Source: Eledone cirrhosa (Eukaryota). Taken from it: a stretch of DNA of 64,000 bases. The notes beneath the pieces are model-generated. The model saw only the letters and a program-made list of their open reading frames with translations, did not search any database and was not told the origin of the DNA. The stretch spans positions 20,646,001 through 20,710,000 of the forward strand of contig OZ024749.1 in assembly GCA_964016885.1 (NCBI GenBank), given 5' to 3'. Of this stretch, positions 57,601 through 64,000 are shown in pieces. Position 1 is the stretch's first letter. Each line of letters starts with the position of its first letter. A program made the translations under genes and the position numbers.

Positions 57601-60600
57601 ACTGTTGACATAGTACAGTGGACTATACCATACTGTGGCATCTACTTACAGCTAGGTGGACTATACCACACTGTGGTCACTACTTACAGCTAGGTGGACT
57701 GTGACTGTTGACATAGTACAGTGGACTATACCATAGTGTGGTACCTACTTACAGCTAGGTGGACTGTGACTGTTGACATAGTACAGTGGACTATACCATA
57801 CTGTGGTACCTACTTACAGCTAGGTGGACTATACCAGACTGTGGTACCTACTTACAGCTAGGTGGACTGAGCTGTTGACAGTGCAGTGGACTATACCATA
57901 CTGTGGTAGCTACTTACACCTAGGTGGACTGTGACTGTTGGCACAGTACAGTGGACTATACCAGACTGTGGTACCTACTTACAGCTAGGTGGACTGAGCT
58001 GTTGACATAGTACAGTGGACTATACCAGACTGTGGTACCTACTTACAGCTAGGTGGACTGTGACTGTTGGCACAGTACAGTGGACTGTACCAGACTGTGG
58101 TACCTACTTACAGCTAGGGGGACTGTGACTGTTGACAGTACAGTGGACTATACCATACTGTGGTACCTACTTACAGCTAGGTGGACTGTGACTGTTGACA
58201 GTACAGTGGACTATACCATACTGTGGTACCTACTTACAGCTTGGTGGACTATACCACTCTGTGGTACCTACTTACAGCTAGGTGGACTGTGACTGTTGAA
58301 AGTACAGTGGACTATACCAGACTGTGGTACCTACTTACAGCTAGGTGGACTGTGACTGTTGACAGTACAATGGACTATACCATACTGTGGTACCTACTTA
58401 CAGCTAGGTGGACTGTGACTGTTGACAGTACAGTGGACTATACCATACTGTGGTACCTACTTACAGCTAAGTGGACTGTGACTGTTGGCACAGTACAGTG
58501 GACTATACCATACTGTGGTACCTACTTACAGCTAGCTGTACTGTGACTGTTGACAGTACAGTGGACTATACCATACTGTTGTACCTACTTACAGCTAGGT
58601 GGACTGTGACTGTTGACATAGTACAGTGGACTATACCAACTGTGGTACCTACTTACAGCTAGGTAGACTGAGCTGTTGACATAGTACAGTGGACTATACC
58701 ATACTGTGGTAACTATTTACAGCTAGGTGGACTGTGACTGTTGGCAGTACAGTGGACTATACCATACTGTGGTACCTACTTACAGCTAGGTGGACTGTGA
58801 CTGTTGACAGTACAGTGGATTATACCATACTGTGGTACCTACTTACAGCTAGCTGGACTGTGACTGTTGACAGTACAGTGGACTATACCAGACTGTGGTA
58901 CCTACTTACAGCTAGGTGGACTGTGACTGTTGGCACAGTACGGTGGACTATACCAACTGTGGTACCTACTTACAGCTAGGTGGACAGTGACAGTTGACAT
59001 AGTACAGTGGACTATACCAACTGTGGTACCTACTTACAGCTAGGTGGACTGTGACTGTTGACAGTACAGTGGACTATACCAAACTGTGGTACCTACTTAC
59101 AGCTAGGTGGACTGAGCTGTTGACATAGTACAGTGGACTATACCAACTGTGGTACCTACTTACAGCTAGGTGGACTGTGACTGTTGACAGTACAGTGGAC
59201 TATACCATACTGTGGTACCTACTTGCAGCTAGGTGGACTGAGCTGTTGACATAGTACAGTGGACTATACCATACTGTGGTACCTACTTACAGCTAGGTGG
59301 ACTGTGACTGTTGACATAGTACAGTGGACTATACCATACTGTGGTATCTACTTACAGCTAGGTGGACTATACCACACTGTGGTCACTACTTACAGCTAGG
59401 TGGACTGTGACTGTTGACACAGTACAGTGGACTATACCATACTGTGGTACCTACTTACAGGTAGGTGGACTGTGACTGTTGACATGGTACAGTGGACTAT
59501 ACCATACTGTGGTACCTACTTACAGCTAGGTGGACTATACCAGACTGTGGTACCTACTTACAGCTAGGTGGACTGTGACTGTTGACATAGTACAGTGGAC
59601 TATACCATACTTTGGTACCTACTTACAGCTACGTGGTCTATACCAGACTGTGGTACCTACTTACAGCTAGGTGGACTGTGACTGTTGACAGTACAGTGGA
59701 CTATACCATACTGTGGTAACTACTTACAGCTAGGTGGACTGAGATGTTGACATAGTACAGTGGACTATACCATACTGTGGTACCTACTTACAGCTCGGTG
59801 GACTGTGACTGTTGACTGTACAGTGGACTATACCATAGTGTGGTACCTACTTACAGCTAGGTGGACTGTGACTGTTGGCACAGTAAAGTGGACTATACCA
59901 TACTGTGGTACCTACTTACAGCTAGCTGGACTGTGACTGTTGACAGTACAGTGGACTATACCAGACTGTGGTCCCTACTTACAGCTAGGTGGACTGTGAC
60001 TGTTGACAGTACAGTGGACTATACCAGACTGTGGTACGTACTTACAGCTAGGTGGACTGTTACTGTTGGCAGTACAGTTTACGATACGATACTGTGGTAC
60101 CTACTTACAGCTAGGTGGACTGTGACTGTTGGCACAGTACAGTGGACTATACCAGACTGTGGTACCTACTTACAGCTAGCTGGACTGTGACTGTTGACAG
60201 TACAGTGGACTATACCAACTGTGGTACCTACTTACAGCTAGGTGGACTGTGACTGTTGACAGTACAGTGGACTATACCATACTGTGGTACCTACTTACAG
60301 CTAGCTGGACTTAGACTGTTGACAGTACAGTGGACTATACCAGACTGTGGTACCTACTTACAGCTAGGTGGACTGAGCTGTTGACATAGTACAGTGGACT
60401 ATACCAACTGTGGTACCTACTTACAGCTAGGTGGACTGTGACTGTTGACAGTACAGTGGACTATACCAACTGTGGTACCTACTTACAGCTAGGTGGACTG
60501 TGACTGTTGACACAGTACAGTGGACTATACCATACTGTGGTGGTGCCTACTTACAGCTAGGTGGACTGTGACTGTTGGCACAGTACAGTGGACTATACCA

Positions 60601-63600
60601 TGCTGTGGTGGTGCCTACTTACAGCTAGGTGGACTGTGACTGTTGGCACAGTACAGTGGACTATACCATACTGTGGTACCTACTTACAGCTAGGTGGACT
60701 GTGACTGTTGACAGTACAGTAGACTATACCATACTGTGGTACCTACTTACAGCTAGGTGGACTGTGACTGTTGGCACAGTACAGTGGACTATACCATACT
60801 GTGGTACCTACTTACAGCTAGGTGGACTGTGACTGTTGACAGTACAGTGGACTATACCATACTGTGGTATCTACTTACAGCTAGGTGGACAGTGACTGTT
60901 GACATAGTACAGTGGACTATACCATACTGTAGTACCTACTCACAGCTAAGTGGACTGTGACTGTTGACAGTACAGTGGACTATACCATACTGTGGTACCT
61001 ACTTACAGCTAGGTGGACTGAGCTGTGACATAGTACAGTGGACTATACCAACTGTGGTACCTACTTACAGCTAGGTGGACTGTGACTGTTGACAGTACAG
61101 TGGACTATACCATACTGTGGTACCTACTTACAGCTAGGTGGACTGAGCTGTTGACATAGTACAGTGGACTATACCAACTGTGGTACCTACTTACAGCTAG
61201 GTGGACTGTGACTGTTGACAGTACAGTGGACTATACCATACTGTGGTACCTACTTACAGCTAGGTGGACCGAGCCGTTGACATAGTACAGTGGACTATAC
61301 CAACTGTGGTACCTACTTACAGCTAGGTGGACTGTGACTGTTGACAGTACAGTGGACTATACCACACTGTGGTCACTACTTACAGCTAGGTGGACTGTGA
61401 CTGTTGACACAGTACAGTGGACTATACCATACTGTGGTACCTACTTACAGCTAGGTGGACTGTGACTGTTGACATGGTACAGTGGACTATACCATACCGT
61501 GGTACCTACTTACAGCTAGGTGGACTATACCAGACTGTGGTACCTACTTACAGTTAGGTGGACTGTGACTGTTGACATAGTACAGTGGACTATACCATAC
61601 TGTGGTACCTACTTACAGCTATGTGGACTATACCAGACTGTGGTACCTACTTACAGCTAGGTGGACTGTGACTCGATAGTACAGTGGACTATACCGTACT
61701 GTGGTACCTACTTACAGCTAGGTGGACTGAGATGTTGACATAGTACAGTGGACTATACCATACTGTGGTACCTACTTACAGCTCGCTGGACTGTGACTGT
61801 TGACAGTACAGTGGACTATACCATACTGTGGTACCTACTTACAGCTAGGTGGACTGTGACTGTTGGCACAGTACAGTGGACTATACCATACTGTGGTACC
61901 TACTTACAGCTAGCTGGACTGTGACTGTGGACTATACCAGACTGTGGTCCCTACTTACAGCTAGGTGGACTGTGACTGTTGACAGTACAGTGGACTATAC
62001 CAGACTGTGGTCCCTACTTACAGCTAGGTGGACTGTGACTGTTGGCAGTACAGTGGACTATACCAGACTGTGGTACCTACTTACAGCTAGGTTGACTGTG
62101 ACTGTTGGCACAGTACAGTGGACTATACCAGACTGTGGTACCTACTTACAGCTAGCTGGACTGTGTCTGTTGACAGTACAGTGGACTATACCAGACTGTG
62201 GTACCTACTTACAGCTAGGTGGACTGAGCTGTTGACATAGTACAGTGGACTATACCAACTGTGGTACCTACTTACAGCTAGGTGGACTGTGACTGTTGAC
62301 AGTACAGTGGACTATACCAGACTGTGGTACCTACTTACAGCTAGGTGGACTGTGACTGTTGGCACAGTACAGTGGACTATACCATACTGTGGTACCTACT
62401 TACAGCTAGCTGGACTGTGACTGTTGACACAGTACAGTGGACTATACCAGACTGTGGTACCTACTTACAGCTAGGTGGATTGAGCTGTTGACATAGTACA
62501 GTGGACTATACCAACTGTGGTACCTACTTACAGCTAGGTGGACCGTGACTGTTGGCACAGTACAGTGGACTATACCAACTCTGGTACCTACTTACAGCTA
62601 GGTGGACTGTGACTGTTGACAGTACAGTGGACTATACCATACTGTGGTACCTACTTACAGCTAGGTGGACTGAGCTGTTGACATAGTACAGTGGACTATA
62701 CCAACTGTGGTACCTACTTACAGCTAGGTGGACTGTGACTATTGACAGTACAGTGGACTATACCATACTGTGGTACCTACTTACAGCTAGGTGGACTGAG
62801 CTGTTGACATAGTACAGTGGACTATACCATACTGTGGTACCTACTTACAGCTAGGTGGACTGTGACTGTTGACATAGTACAGTGGACTATACCATACTGT
62901 GGTATCTACTTACAGCTAGGTGGACTATACCACACTGTAGTCAGTACTTACAGCTAGGTGGACTGTGACTGTTGACACAGTACAGTGGACTATACCATAC
63001 TGTGGTACCTACTTACAGGTAGGTGGACTGTGACTGTTGACATGGTACAGTGGACTATACCATACTGTGGTACCTACTTACAGCTAGGTGGACTATACCA
63101 TACTGTGGTACCTACTTACAGCTAGGTGGACTGTGACTGTTGACATAGTACAGTGGACTATACCATACTGTGGTACCTACTTACAGCTAGGTGGACTATA
63201 CCAGACTGTGGTACCTACTTACAGCTAGGTGGACTGAGCTGTTGACAGTACAGTGGACTATACCATACTGTGGTAGCTACTTACACCTAGGTGGACTGTG
63301 ACTGTTGGCACAGTACAGTGGACTATACCAGACTGTGGTACCTACTTACAGCTAGGTGGACTGAGCTGTTGACATAGTACAGTGGACTATACCAGACTGT
63401 GGTACCTACTTACAGCTAGGTGGACTGTGACTGTTGGCACAGTACAGTGGACTGTACCAGACTGTGGTACCTACTTACAGCTAGGGGGACTGTGACTGTT
63501 GACAGTACAGTGGAATATACCATACTGTGGTACCTACTTACAGCTAGGTGGACTGTGACTGTTGACAGTACAGTGGACTATACCATACTGTGGTACCTAC

Positions 63601-64000
63601 TTACAGCTTGGTGGACTATACCACACTGTGGTACCTACATACAGCTAGGTGGACTGTGACTGTTGAAAGTACAGTGGACTATACCAGACTGTGGTACCTA
63701 CTTACAGCTAGGTGGACTGTGACTGTTGACGGTACAATGGACTATACCATACTGTGGTACCTACTTACAGCTAGGTGGACTGTGACTGTTGACAGTACAG
63801 TGGACTATACCATACTGTGGTACCTACTTACAGCTAAGTGGACTGTGACTGTTGGCACAGTACAGTGGACTATACCATACTGTGGTACCTACTTACAGCT
63901 AGCTGTACTGTGACTGTTGACAGTACAGTGGACTATACCATACTGTTGTACCTACTTACAGCTAGGTGGACTGTGACTGTTGACATAGTACAGTGGACTA
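42620..64000. repeat. Right-hand domain of more diverged higher-order copies (offsets about 5.2-6.0 kb and 8.9 kb)
   Basis: ORF pairs 45109/53999, 45877/54767 and 46160/55050 (+8890); 53999/59861 (+5862); 50818/56817 (+5999); 52818/58053 (+5235); 58053/63420 (+5367). Confidence 0.8.
45870..50700. repeat. Nested short duplications with offsets 1992, 1023, 454 and 450 bp
   Basis: TTAAGATAG marker at 46401, 48393 and 49416; ORF pairs 45877/47869 and 46160/48152 (+1992), 48699/49722 and 48984/50007 (+1023), 47287/47741 (+454) and 50007/50457 (+450). Confidence 0.85.

Larger units (their letters stand above)
1..64000. repeat. Tandem satellite DNA array, 63-65 bp monomer, about 1,000 copies, all in the same orientation and running off both window ends
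   Basis: Every line is a variant of GTGGACTATACCATACTGTGGTACCTACTTACAGCTAG-GTGGACTGTGACTGTTGACAGTACA (63 bp). Common length variants are ...GTTGACATAGTACA and ...GTTGGCACAGTACA (65 bp) and ...GACTGAGCTGTTGACATAGTACA (64 bp). Copy number is estimated as 64000 divided by about 64. Confidence 0.99.

Noticed and set aside
593-63913. About 100 plus-strand ORFs of 60-130 aa repeating VDYTILWYLLTARWTVTVDST
   Set aside because: 63 bp is 21 codons and one frame happens to lack stops. The starts I checked are GTG or TTG from the repeat itself, frames shift at every 64/65-mer, and indels are not frame-preserving. The longest ORFs merely mark runs of 63-mers.
1-64000. Absence of minus-strand ORFs as a sign of coding polarity
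   Set aside because: The reverse complement of sub-repeat A contains TAG or TAA in all three frames, which fully explains it.
1-64000. CRISPR array (38 bp partly palindromic repeat plus 25-27 bp spacer, about 64 bp period)
   Set aside because: The putative spacers are near-identical copies of sub-repeat B rather than unique sequences, the repeats vary as much as the spacers, and there is no leader or cas gene.
1-64000. CENP-B box, telomeric repeat or G-quadruplex array
   Set aside because: No TTCG..A..CGGG motif (the consensus lacks CpG), no TTAGG or TTAGGG tandem, and the consensus has only isolated GG dinucleotides.
1-64000. Antigenic-variation cassettes, integron attC array or diversity-generating template
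   Set aside because: There is no expression locus, recombinase, reverse transcriptase or cassette cargo, and variants are inherited in duplicated blocks as expected for neutral satellite turnover.
1-64000. Rolling-circle or sequencing concatemer artefact of one small circle
   Set aside because: Specific variants recur faithfully at kb-scale offsets in nested patterns, which random read error would not produce. Individual large duplications still need read validation.

Overview
The whole 64 kb window is one uninterrupted, head-to-tail, single-orientation tandem satellite array of roughly 1,000 monomers of 63-65 bp. I see no genes, RNA genes, transposons, CRISPR spacers or unique sequence. The consensus monomer has two sub-repeats that both begin GTGGACT: A (38 bp, GTGGACTATACCATACTGTGGTACCTACTTACAGCTAG) and B (25 bp, GTGGACTGTGACTGTTGACAGTACA, with 26-27 bp variants). 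It is about 46% GC, has no CpG, and carries one KpnI site. All listed ORFs are by-products of the 63 bp (21-codon) period. The informative signal is in the array's internal history: nested duplications from about 0.1 to 13 kb, stepwise gain and loss of whole sub-repeats at microhomologies, conversion-like patches, and common variants that perfect quasi-palindromes in the monomer. A eukaryotic heterochromatic satellite is the likely origin (inference); I cannot assign the species or family. I found no supportable novel gene system. Coordinates were read by eye and duplication boundaries are approximate.
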